Assembly: GCA_008632985.1 (NCBI GenBank)
Contig: QPGO01000105.1
Span: forward strand, 124,001 to 188,000
Origin: Psammoneis japonica
Lineage: Eukaryota
Reading direction: 5' to 3'
Length of the DNA stretch: 64,000 nt
Part shown: positions 22,632-33,839 of the stretch, piece by piece
Layout: each line of letters begins with the position of its first letter
How positions within the stretch are numbered: the stretch's first letter is position 1
The notes under the pieces: model-generated
What the model was told of the DNA's origin: nothing
Databases searched by the model: none
Seen by the model: only the letters and a program-made list of their open reading frames with translations
Translations under genes and position numbers: made by a program

Positions 22632-25525
22632 GGGAGAAGGGACTCCTTGTGTCCTGCAGCTTTGGGCTGAAAAATGAAACCTGCAGAGTGCAGCATTGGG
22701 GAGAAACCTGCACCCTGGTGCCCACAACTTTGGCCTGAAGCCTGTGCCATTCACAGCTTTTCTTTGCTGAGGCACAATTTTCTGACCATCTGACCACCAG
22801 CGCACTGCTTTCTGCTTTGACACACCACACCTCCTCTTCTGTGACCTCTTTTGGCAGTGAGGGGTGCGCTGCTGGAATTTGGTGGCTGATTTTTTCTTCT
22901 CCTTGTGCAGGATTTGCTCGAATGCTGTGCCTGCAGATTTTGCAGCATGTCATGCATCAAAGCTGTGCTGCACCCCCCCCCCCCCCCCCCCCCCCAAGAA
23001 AAAAAGAGATGAGTGTGACAGAAAAAATGACAAAGGAAACCTGCTGTGACAATGCAGGCTTCACAAAGCGCAAGTGCATTGTCAACAAAACAACAACAAA
23101 AAAAAGCAGCAGAGGTCTGCATTCTGCCACAAGTTCCATTGTCACTGTGAGTGCCAAAAAAAAGACAGAAAAGAAAAGAAAAGAAGCAACACACAACAAA
23201 CACTCTCCAAGCACTTTGATGCTGTCACCCCACATGCACCCAACATCTGATGAAGCAGCCATGACCCATCAAAATTTTTAATTTCCAAAAAAATTCAATT
23301 TCCACAAATGATTGCATCACCTCTGGTGCAACCACCCACAAAAAACTGCACATGCACAGGTCAGCATCAACAACATGTGACCTCACCTCAAACTTCTGAA
23401 GCCAAAGCCCCAGCATGCAGGCTGTGGCTTTGCAGCACACACCCTCCAAAGAACCAGAAAGAAGTGGCAGGGCTGCCATGTGCAGAAAGCATGTGGAGAT
23501 GCACTGTGGTGCACAGATGCAACCCACAACACTCGAACACATGTGTGCATGCAGATGAATGAGGGCAGCCCCACAGAAGCCAAGCTGCAACAAAATTTGT
23601 GTGGCAGCAGCAGGATCTGCACAACAGAGCTGCATCAGCAGAGCATTGGCACAGGGCCTCCTCCTCAAGACAATGTCTGGTGCCACCTGCCATGTTGCAG
23701 TGCTTTCAGATGCATGCACAACTTGTTCTGGGGCCATTCTCAGGGTGGAAAAGGTGCACAACTGGGCTGGAACATGCAGTCAAAAGTGAGGTTTTGCTGC
23801 ATTTTCTGTCTGGTGTTCAGCCACAAAAACCATGGCTGTCTTTGTCTGCATCTCTTGGTGCTGCCCTGCCAGCAATGGAGAGCCCCCACCTTTGCACATC
23901 CTCTCCAAGAACACACCTTGCTGGCTTCTGGCTGGGTGCATTGGCTCTTGAAGTGAGCATGACACAAAGAAGGGAAAAAACTCTGTGCAAGAGTGCAAAA
24001 GGTTCCCAATGAAAAATGCCAAAACAACCTTCTCTGGAACCTTGAAACAAAAAACAGTGTCAGCATTTCTTTTGACAATTTCTTTCAGAGGAGCTGTGCT
24101 GCCAGAGCAGATCCAAACATTGCTTGCACCTGAAGACAACAGCTTCTTGTCATCAACTGAGGTCAAGCTCAGTGCCTTCCAAACTGGCCCAACCCTTGCT
24201 TGCCATCTCTTTTGACTCTCTGCACACCACATTGTTCCTGCCACAATTTCACCATTGCAAAGGGTCTCACCTTCAACAGCTGGAAAGCAAGTGGCTTGGC
24301 CCAGCTGCTGGGAACTGGAGCATTTTTTGCTTGCCCTGCCCTCTCACTGCCTCATTCTTGCAAACCTGCCATTGCCTGATGATCTGCACCAGCAAAAAGC
24401 AGGCAAAGGCTCTGTGTGTGAGCCTGCTTTTGATGCAAGTTTTGTTGTCATCTGCACACTGACAATGCTTGCCGGTGGAGGCACTGCCAGACTGTTGCTG
24501 CTGCTGTGCCATGTGCTGTGAGGTCTGTTTTTTGCTGATTTTCTCATTGGCGGCTCCTCCTGTTGCTTTGCTTTCACACTGTCACTCTGCCTCCTTTGCC
24601 AAAGAAAAAATGCTTGTGCATGACTTGCTTGTTTTGCATGGACCAACAACTGTGACGCATGCTCACACTCTCCTTTGATGACTTTGTTGAGCTGGTGGTG
24701 CACACACACAGCACAGCAGCACCAGCTTGAGCTCGCTCAGTTGCTGGAAACACCCAGAGGTTCATTTCAAAGCTGGCTTGTCAGCTCTTGAACTTGATGG
24801 AGCTGCTCCACTTTTAAGCTTGACAACTTGCACAGCTTCCCAAGGCACACACAAGAGCTGACTTGATCAACAAACTGGCGGGGCCAGCACAAGAGAAATC
24901 TCTGGTGTGACTTTGTGCTGAACCAGCATGCATGACAGACTGGAAGAAAGCAGCAACTCTGGAGCCACAAGCAATGCTGACATTCACATCCTCAGCAAGC
25001 ATTGTTGCCATCACCTCTCAGCTTGCTGTGTCATCTTTTGTTTCATCAACCGCGGAAGAGCTCTGCTGGCACAGCGGAGCCAGCACATGAGACCACACTG
25101 TCAACTGCTTTGACAGAAGCAGTTTTGCTGGGGAGATGCTTTTTGTTCTTGGTGGTGGTGCTGACTGCTCTTTAGAAAATGTGGCACATGTCAAGGTGGC
25201 ATCATGGGAAAAAGGGGTGCGCACTGCTTGCGCTTTTGCTGGGAGTTGTTCCTCTTGTTCGTTCTTGGTGTGGCAGCACTGGCTGGCTGCTGCTCTTTAG
25301 AAAATGCAGCACATGTGTCAAGGCAGCATCATGAGAGAAAGAGTTGCAAACTGACACCTCAAGATCATTGGACATTGCATTCAAAGCAACACAAGCCAGC
25401 TGCCACTTGTCCCTCGTTTTTTTTTTGCTGCTGTCAAAAAATGGCCGCACCACCCGGTGACCCACTTTGGCTCTTTGTCGGGAAGAAGCTTCCCCAACGG
25501 ACAACCCTGACAACAAGATCGTCAA
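22440..25525. mobile_element. Decayed repeat block with subterminal short repeats, possibly a DNA transposon relic
   Basis: TpA/CpG depletion; recurring CTTTGGCCYGAARCCTGTGCC-like units at 22545-22750; an imperfect direct repeat of about 90-110 bp at 25122-25212 and 25234-25340 sharing CTGCTCTTTAGAAAATG; poly-G and poly-C runs. Confidence 0.55.
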
Positions 25526-26086
25526 GTATGTATGTTATCAAAAAGCTTCCTTTGTCGCATGTACCACAATTCTGCGTAGAGTGACAGTACACTGACGCGC
25601 AAGCCAGCCATCAAACCCTTGCGACAAGAACACGTTCAACGTGTTGTGGTGTGTTTGCGTTGTTTGTTGTTGCGCCGCTGTATCCTTGTTGTGCAACACT
25701 TCGATTGTCGTTGTTCGTTATACACTTGTTGTCCTTGGTCTTGCCCATATCACTACATAGCACCCTTGACGAAAGAAAAAAGAAAACAAACAAACAAACA
25801 AACGAACGAAAAAATTGTTGCAGAGAAGAAACTTATCAGCATATCTCAAACGTGTGTGTGAGACGGCAATTTAATCTCAAGTTTCACAGGCGATCGCGGA
25901 TACTGTAGTACGAACGAGCACTTGCTGTACCTTTGTGTGTGTCGATACGCCTTGGTTGCTGTCCATACAGTACTGGTATCTATATATCTACACAACACAT
26001 TTTTGTATAAAAGCTAACGAGGGCTTGCAATAACAAAGAGTTGAGTAACAAAACAAAGCACGATACAACTCCAACATAAACAAACA

Positions 26087-27559
26087 ATGTCATCGCAACA
26101 ACGCCATAAAAAGAAGCCTCAAACAGAAAATGAGTCGGATGATGAAGAATGGACTCATCCCAACAAATTAAGTTTGGAGGCACTCAGTCAACAAATGACT
26201 CGTATGCAACAAATGCAAGATTGGCTCTTGCAACAAAAGGAACAAGAAATGCTCATGTTGCGTACCAAGGTCGAAGAACAACAACGCGAACTCATTCAAA
26301 AAGAAGTGGAAATGGCTTTATTGAAAGAAAAGTTGGTTCAACAAGAAGCTAGGATGCAACATGAATTGCAATTAATCAAAAAGGCAGCGTCGAAATCGAA
26401 AAAGAAAAAGAAACGGAGTTCGAGCAAGAACAAAGCGGCGTCCTCCAAGTCACCGACGCGACGTTTGGAAGACGTACAGGAAAGTATGCAACAGATGGAT
26501 ATGAACGGTGGTGCTGCTGCTGGTGTTGCCGTGGGCGCAGCAGCAACGGCGACAACAACAACACGTGCACGTCCAACCAAGGCGGATTCTGTCGGGGAGT
26601 TGCCTCTTGTATCGCAAGCACAGGATGAGTATGAAGAACAAGGAGACGAACAAGCAGATGAGCAACAACAGCAGCAGCAGCAGCACGATGAGTATGAAGA
26701 AGATCAAGCACGAACCGATCAGCGTGTGGTGGAACAAGAGGCACAGGCATATGAAGAGGAAGAGGAAGAGGAGGACGAAGATGAAGAGGAGGAGGCGGAA
26801 ATTATCAAGGAGGAGGAAAAGGATTATTTCGATTCCAATGCGGCACCGGCAACTGCCATGGACGATGCAGGCAATGCCTTTGGTGGGTTCAACAATCCCA
26901 TGGGTGATGGTGGTGGTGACGACTACACTCTTGGTCAGACAGTAGCGTCATCCACGTATGGAGAAGACCGTCACAAGGTTGTGAATCAAACCGTGTTGGA
27001 TCCCTACGGCGATTCGGGTCAATACACGGGCGTTGTGTTGTTGACAACGGGCATGCCACACGGTTTGGGCCGCATGTTGTATCAAGACGACGGCCGAACG
27101 TACGAAGGCGATTGGCGCCACGGTCGGTGGCACGGATACGGCCATGCCACGTTTGCCAATGGCGATTCGTACGAAGGCGAATACCGCTTTGATCAACGCC
27201 ACGGTCGCGGCTTGTACCAATGGCACGATGGACGACGGTACAATGGTGAATTTTATGAAGACAAGCGTCACGGCAAGGGCCAATTCACGTGGCCCGATGG
27301 AGCGACCTATGAGGGAGACTTTGTTCATGGTCAACGAGAGGGGCGTGGTAAATACAGTTTTGCCGACGGAGGACAGTATGTAGGAGAATGGGTCGATGGG
27401 CGTTATGAGGGTTATGGTGAATGTGAATGGGAAGATGGCCGATCGTATAAAGGAGAATGGAAACAAGGCATGGCGCATGGACGGGGTGTCGAGACGTTTG
27501 CTGATGGAACGGTTCGTCATGATGGATTGTGGGATCATGATGATCCAATTGATGAATAA
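26087..27559 (+). CDS. MORN-repeat protein, paralogue 1: N-terminal coiled coil, acidic linker and C-terminal MORN array
   Basis: 490-aa ORF with tandem YxGxW/FxxGxxHGxG units of about 23 aa. Confidence 0.92.
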   Translation: MSSQQRHKKKPQTENESDDEEWTHPNKLSLEALSQQMTRMQQMQDWLLQQKEQEMLMLRTKVEEQQRELIQKEVEMALLKEKLVQQEARMQHELQLIKKAASKSKKKKKRSSSKNKAASSKSPTRRLEDVQESMQQMDMNGGAAAGVAVGAAATATTTTRARPTKADSVGELPLVSQAQDEYEEQGDEQADEQQQQQQQHDEYEEDQARTDQRVVEQEAQAYEEEEEEEDEDEEEEAEIIKEEEKDYFDSNAAPATAMDDAGNAFGGFNNPMGDGGGDDYTLGQTVASSTYGEDRHKVVNQTVLDPYGDSGQYTGVVLLTTGMPHGLGRMLYQDDGRTYEGDWRHGRWHGYGHATFANGDSYEGEYRFDQRHGRGLYQWHDGRRYNGEFYEDKRHGKGQFTWPDGATYEGDFVHGQREGRGKYSFADGGQYVGEWVDGRYEGYGECEWEDGRSYKGEWKQGMAHGRGVETFADGTVRHDGLWDHDDPIDE

Positions 27560-28209
27560 GAAGAGAATGCATAGTTTATAGTTTTGGCTATATGGAGTGG
27601 ATGGAGGATTGGATTAGAGACCTCGCTGTTTTGCTGGAGGTTTTGTATGTTGGTGGTGAATTTTAACAATGGATATTATGATACAGAGAGAAGCATTGTA
27701 GTTGCGTTTTCTACTCTCTAGTAGTAGTATAAGTAGACCTACTTGGTTAGAATAGTTGTTGCTACTTCTATAAGCTACTCTCTTGAGAGTACCGTAGCCT
27801 TTTCTTGACAAGGGAAGTGGAAGAAACTTTGTGAGCGAGACGTGAGGGCCTCGTGACGTGGACCACATTGAAGTACTTCTACGAGCGGTGCAGTATCATA
27901 AAATTAGACGAAATGTATATATTTGTCGCCAAGGTCTACATACTCGAGTCCATCCGTTGAGAAAATGTTGGCGGGAGAAAATCACAACCCACGACCCAGA
28001 TTCGCGGATTGGTAGAAATTGGTACACTTTCTACGAGGGCTTATTCGTGCCTGCGCAGCAAGCACACACACAACCAGCGACGCACCTCTCGGCTGAAGCA
28101 TTCGCATCATGCATCGATTGTTCCGAGAGGGGAATGCAACAAAAAAAGCAACAGCACAAGAACAACAACAGCTACAGCAATACCACACATATCAGTCACT
28201 CACACAGAC

Positions 28210-30469
28210 ATGATGAAAGCAGATACAATCAGTACTAGTACTCCTAGTATGGATATGAAAATCATGGACGCCGACGATGACGACGGTTGGGTACAATCAC
28301 CGCAGAGCAACAATATCGTGATTGCCACGTTGGTGCAACAAATGGAAAAGATGCAACAGCAACAAACAAATTGGTTGCAACAATACGAGCATGAAACCAA
28401 AGAACTCCAGCAAAAGGTATCGGCCGAACTCACCAGAAAACAAAACGAACTCGATGCACTCCAAGTAAAATTGAAACAACAACAAGAACGCATCGAGAGC
28501 CTCACTACGAAATTAAATCAACCGCGCAAGTGTGCCAAGTGTCATGCTGATATTATTCTCAACAAATCAAAATCACAACACAACAACAAAAGAATAATCC
28601 AAAAATGAAATGGCGATGATGTTGGTGAAGACGAGATTGATGAATTGCGTCGCTTGGGATCGACACTCAAGGGAGTAGGTGGAGTCGTGGGGTACAGCAA
28701 TTGCAAGTCGAACAAGTCATGGAAAAGCACTCAAGGAAAAACACATGAAAGAAAAACAAATCAGTATGACCTGGAACCGGCATCCGATGTGGTACAAGCC
28801 TCCATGGAAGCAGCGAGTAACAACGACAACAACACAATGCAGCGAGTGCCGTCGGAAAATGTCGAAAAGCAAGTCAAACACGTGGAGGAATCGATTGAAA
28901 ATCAAAGCAAGAGTAGTCGTGAAGATGAGAACGAGGAAGAGGAGGAAAAGCAGCAGAAGCATGTTGCCAAACAAGAGAGTCAAGGTTTGATTCAAATTAA
29001 TAAACCAACGCATATGAGTCCCGTTCCCGATGCGAAAAAGACTCCACCCACCGAGGAGAGCGCCACCACGTCTGCAGCAGCGTCTGTCAAAGATGCTCCG
29101 GGCTACCACTCCCCGCAAGCATCACGTCATGGTCACGGCCCAAGACGATGAGGACGAGGAACAACAAGATGATGATGAAGAATACTCTGCCGCTGCGGCA
29201 TCGAAAAAGACGGCCAAGGCTTCCAACTCGAAAAAGAAAAAGGACAAGAACAAAAAGGCCAAGAAGAATAGAAAGAAACGAAATGATGATTCTTCCTCCA
29301 TGAGTAGTAGTAGCAGCAATCGAGTGGAAACACCCGTCACTTCCAACAAGACGGCTGCTACTGCTGCTGTGACTGCAGTTGGCACGGCTGCCGCGGTGGG
29401 TACAGCGGCGGCACTGTCGAGTAGTAGTAGTCCAACGGCGGCTATTCCTCCCGAAAGCGCACCTGTGCGCCGCAAACCAACACCACACCCAACCGCTTCT
29501 GCGGCTGCGGCTGAAAGCCCAACCACGGCGCATCTTCCAGTTTTGAATGAATTGGAGGAGGAACCAGAAGAAGAAGAAGACGAGCGTAAACCGGCAGCTC
29601 TAGAAGCAGTACAAGACGATGATCGAAAACCGGCGGCAGTACAACAAGAGGAAGAGACATTGTTACCAAAGAGCTTGATTGCACCCTCCAATGACGATGC
29701 CTTGCTTCCCAAGGGTCATTCTCTGGATGAACCACAATTTCTAACCAGCATGGTGGACGGCAAGCCACTCAACAACAACAACACGGAGCGCTTGTACATT
29801 CCAAACAACAGCAACCGCAGTAACGCCGACGACGCGACCATTACCAGCATTACCGTGGCGTCCTCCACCTATCATGAAGAACGACAGCAATTGGTCAATT
29901 CTCAAATTCTGGATCCACACGGAGAAAACGGTGTTTACACGGGGACCATTCTCAAGAGTACGGGCATGCCCCATGGTTTGGGTAAAATGGTCTATCAGGT
30001 CGATGAACGTACCTACGAGGGTGATTGGCGTCACGGCATGTGGCACGGCTTTGGCAAGGCTACCTTTGGCAATGGCGATTCCTACGAAGGCGAATACCGC
30101 TTTGATCAACGCCACGGCGGTGGCTTGTACCAATGGCAGGACGGACGCACGTACAATGGGGAGTTTGCCTTTGACAAGCGACACGGCAAGGGCGAATTTG
30201 CGTGGCCCGATGGGAGTCGGTATACCGGTGACTTTGTACACGGACAGCGAGAAGGTGAGGGCGAGTATCGATTTAGTAATGGTGGTTACTACAAGGGAGG
30301 ATGGAAGGATGGCTTTTACGATGGGTACGGGGAATGCTATTGGAGCGATGGACGTTGCTACAAGGGAGAATGGAAAGCGGGTGCCGCACACGGCAAGGGT
30401 GTCGAAGCACATCCCGATGGATCGATTCGACACGATGGAATGTGGGAAAATGACGAGCCTGTCATATGA
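28210..30469 (+). CDS. MORN-repeat protein, paralogue 2; interrupted by an in-frame TGA (28606-28608) and a frameshift near 29140
   Basis: N-terminal motif LVQQMEKMQQQQTNWLQQ matches paralogues 1 and 3. ORFs 28009..28608 and 28645..29151 share a frame. ORF 29030..30469 carries the TVASSTY..DPHG..GMPHGLG motif and the MORN array. Confidence 0.75.
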
Positions 30470-30716
30470 TGATTGTGTGTTGTGGGGGGAATATGAGGTT
30501 GGTAAACTTGATGTATTGAATTACGAAATGAATAGGTTAAAAACTCTTTCAAGGTGATGCTAGAAGTACTTTTGAAGAACCAAAACTCTTTGCCATGTCT
30601 AGCTCTCGTCTACGAAAGGTAATTGATAATGCCCCGTGCGCCCGTAAATTGCTCACATGAGACAATGAGTACCCAAACTGGCAAAGTCTTGTTTTTTGCT
30701 CTCTTTTTCCGCCTTC

Positions 30717-31229
30717 TTAGTCGTGTTCTTCTTCTTCCACCACAAAAGCCGTTTGGACGAATGTTCCCATACCGCATGGAGCTGAAGAAAGAGGATGCCA
30801 TGATCCGTTCTCCAACCGAATTTCAGCTTCACCCTTTTTCATTTCCTCATTGACAATTACGACTTTCTTCTTCCGCAAAAGCTTCTTGGTACATGTCTCC
30901 ACGAGTCCGGCCAAACCGTAGTATTCCGCATCGGCTTTCAATTTCAATAGCATCTCCACCGGAGGCGGATGCACAAGACGACACCCGTTGCGGAGATAGT
31001 CCAACACATGAGGAAAGGTATCTGGGTTACGATCGATAAAGACATGTCCTTCGTCATCCAACAAGGGATCCAAAGGGGCTGTCAGTGGCAAACTTTCGAG
31101 CAAGCATCGAGTGCTCACCGCGGTGAGTGTCGATCGCAACGTCATGAATCGCGTCCCACCCACCGAGATCTTGACGATTTCATCCTTCTCTTTCGGAATC
31201 ATGATGGTGACGGTGGCCATGGTGTTCAT
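30717..31229 (-). CDS. BTB/POZ (KCTD / K-channel tetramerisation-type) domain protein
   Basis: IVKISVGGTRFMTLRSTL...VFIDRNPDTFPHVLDYLRNG...LKADAEYYGL. Confidence 0.88.
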   Translation of the reverse strand: MNTMATVTIMIPKEKDEIVKISVGGTRFMTLRSTLTAVSTRCLLESLPLTAPLDPLLDDEGHVFIDRNPDTFPHVLDYLRNGCRLVHPPPVEMLLKLKADAEYYGLAGLVETCTKKLLRKKKVVIVNEEMKKGEAEIRLENGSWHPLSSAPCGMGTFVQTAFVVEEEEHD

Positions 31230-31606
31230 GTGCGTGGTGTTATTTTGCTTGTTGTGCTTTTGATCTCCAGATAGTATGAAAAGCTACTCTCTAGCTAGAG
31301 CATAGAGGGCAAGTAAAAGCTGCAATGCACGATTCGCATGTGATGAACGCACGAATCAAAATCAAGTCGAGCGACTCCTCGACCTACGCGGTTCTTTGTG
31401 TTTTTTGTAGACCTCGCGAGCGAGCGCTCGCATGATTGATGATTCACGCACGACTTGTACATCGCGGATTGTTGTGCGTGGCACGTAGAAAACATACCAA
31501 CGTGTACGTCTCATAATTCCTCTTTCTGGGAAAAAATCTTCAACACACAGAACAACACACTTCTCGTATTTCTTTTGCAAGAAACAACAACAACAATTAC
31601 TACAAA

Positions 31607-33588
31607 ATGACGTCTCACAATGACGACTTTACGTTCATGACGGACAATGCGGAGGTAGAACTGAATCCGGATGGTACCTGCGTGAAACATCCCACCGTCA
31701 AGTTGCGAGAAACGACCGACGACGGATATACCTATCAACGCGATTCGTGTCCTCAATGTGACGCCGATTTGGAAACCAAATTGGCCGAGATGAAACAAAA
31801 GCGTCAAGATTTAGATCAACAATTACAAGCACTTGATTTGGAAACAGAACAAGAGGATAATCGCAAGACGGCGCCGCCTGTCATGACGGATTCCTCCAAT
31901 AAGCCAGCGGCAGCCGCGACCACTACTACGGTTCCCATGCTAAACACTACGGCAGCGTCTCCGTTGACTCTCGAATTACTCGCGCAACAAATGGCTCAGA
32001 TGCAACAAACACAAGAATGGCTTTTGCAACAAAAGGAAAAGGAAATGGATTTGTTACGTAAAAAGGTGGAAGATCAACAAGAGCAATTGACCAAAAAAGA
32101 AGTCGAACTCGCCTCTTAAAGGAAAAACTATCGCAACAGGAATTGCGCATGCAACACGAACTCAAATTAATCAAAATGGCAGCCTATAATCGTAGACGAC
32201 GACGACAGCCCGAAGGAGGTAGTGAACGGGACTTGTCCGTGTCGTCCATGGATATTTCTGGACACGGTGGTGGTGTTGATTATCATCACAAGGATGAGGA
32301 AGGCGAGACCAACAAGAATCAAGCAGCGGCGGCTGCTGCTGCGGCTGGAGTGGCGGCAGCTGGAGCTGGTATTGCGACTGGAGCTGCGGTTGCGGCTGCT
32401 AGCAACAATCATGAGGAATACGTGGTTGTTCCCACCAAGGATCATTCCTCGGAAGAATCGTTTGAAGAAGTACAGCAACAAAAGGCAGCCGCAGCGGAAG
32501 CAGCCGTTCCAAAACCCACGCTGGAACGCAAGGCTACACCCGCCGTCCAGGCAACCACTGCTGCTGCTCCCATGTCTGCAGCAGCAAGTGTCAAGCCACC
32601 ATCCATAATTAGGGAAGAAGAAGAAGAAGAAGAAGTAGATTCTCAAGAGCCCCAATATCAAGACAGTCATGAGAATGAAGATTATGACGATGAAGAAGCC
32701 AAGGATGTGTTTGATGCACAGCAGCAATTGCCTCCTACGACACGTGCCCATTACAAGGGGATTCAATCGTCCAATCAAGATGAATTGTTGCAACGTGGCA
32801 ATGATTTGGGTGGTGATGTTCCCGTCAACATCGACACGTCTCTACCACAAGTGGCACTCAATGAACAAGTCACCATGGATACCGTGTTGGATCCTGGACG
32901 ATTTGAACACGCTCAAGCACACAATCCAGCCGATGCTTCCGGTGGCGGTGGCGATGACCTAACGTTGGGACAAACGGTAGCGTCCTCAACGTACGGAGAA
33001 GATCGTCACAAGGTGGTGGATCAGACCGTGTTGGATCCCTACGGCGATTCGGGTCAATACACGGGTGTCGTGTTGTTGACGACGGGCATGCCGCACGGTT
33101 TGGGACGAATGCTCTACCAAGACGACGGCAGGACCTACGAGGGCGATTGGCGCCACGGTCGGTGGCACGGGTACGGCAAGGCAACCTTTGCCAATGGTGA
33201 TTCCTACGAGGGAGAGTACCGCTTTGATCAACGCCACGGACGTGGATTGTATCAATGGAGTGATGGACGGCAGTACGATGGAGACTTTTTTGAAGACAAG
33301 CGTCATGGCAATGGTGTCTTTAAATGGCCAGATGGTGCGGTCTACGAGGGAGACTTTGCTCATGGACAGCGAGAAGGACATGGGCGGTATTCCTTTAGTG
33401 ATGGTGGACAATATGTTGGTGATTGGGTCGATGGGCGTTATGAAGGTTATGGAGAGTGCGAGTGGTCGGATGGACGGTCGTACAAGGGACAGTGGAAACA
33501 AGGCATGGCCCATGGACGGGGTGTTGAGGCGTTTCCTGATGGAACGGTTCGTCATGATGGAATGTGGGAGAATGATGAGCCTGTTTAG
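31607..33588 (+). CDS. MORN-repeat protein, paralogue 3; 1-nt frameshift near 32113
   Basis: Restoring one C in GCC(C)TCTTAAAGGAAAAA gives EVELALLKEKL, matching EVEMALLKEKL of paralogue 1. N-terminal CxKHP...CPQC motif and C-terminal MORN array. Confidence 0.85.
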
Positions 33589-33839
33589 AAATTCTTCGAG
33601 GAGATGAGTGTGACTTTTATCAGGGTCTACTTGATGTGAATGATGCATGGATGTGATGGGTTGACACGGCAGTTTCTTCCTTTTAGCAGTTTTATGGTGC
33701 AGAGACGTCCCCGCCATGATTTAGCTTCGTGTATTGCATGCGGTCGTTGTTACTATTTTTATTTTTATTTAGGTTTATTTTCAAGGTTAAAAAATAACGT
33801 GAAACGCCCACTATCGTATCTTTCGAACAATTCATGGGA

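Noticed and set aside
22615..22995. Poly-G and poly-C tracts as a functional G-quadruplex or inverted-repeat pair
   Set aside because: They are simple homopolymers in a decayed repeat, and their flanks are not complementary.
26948..33717. Long antisense ORFs over the MORN arrays, and a CRISPR-like periodicity
   Set aside because: They are shadows of the 23-aa MORN repeats. There are no identical repeats with unique spacers and no cas genes.
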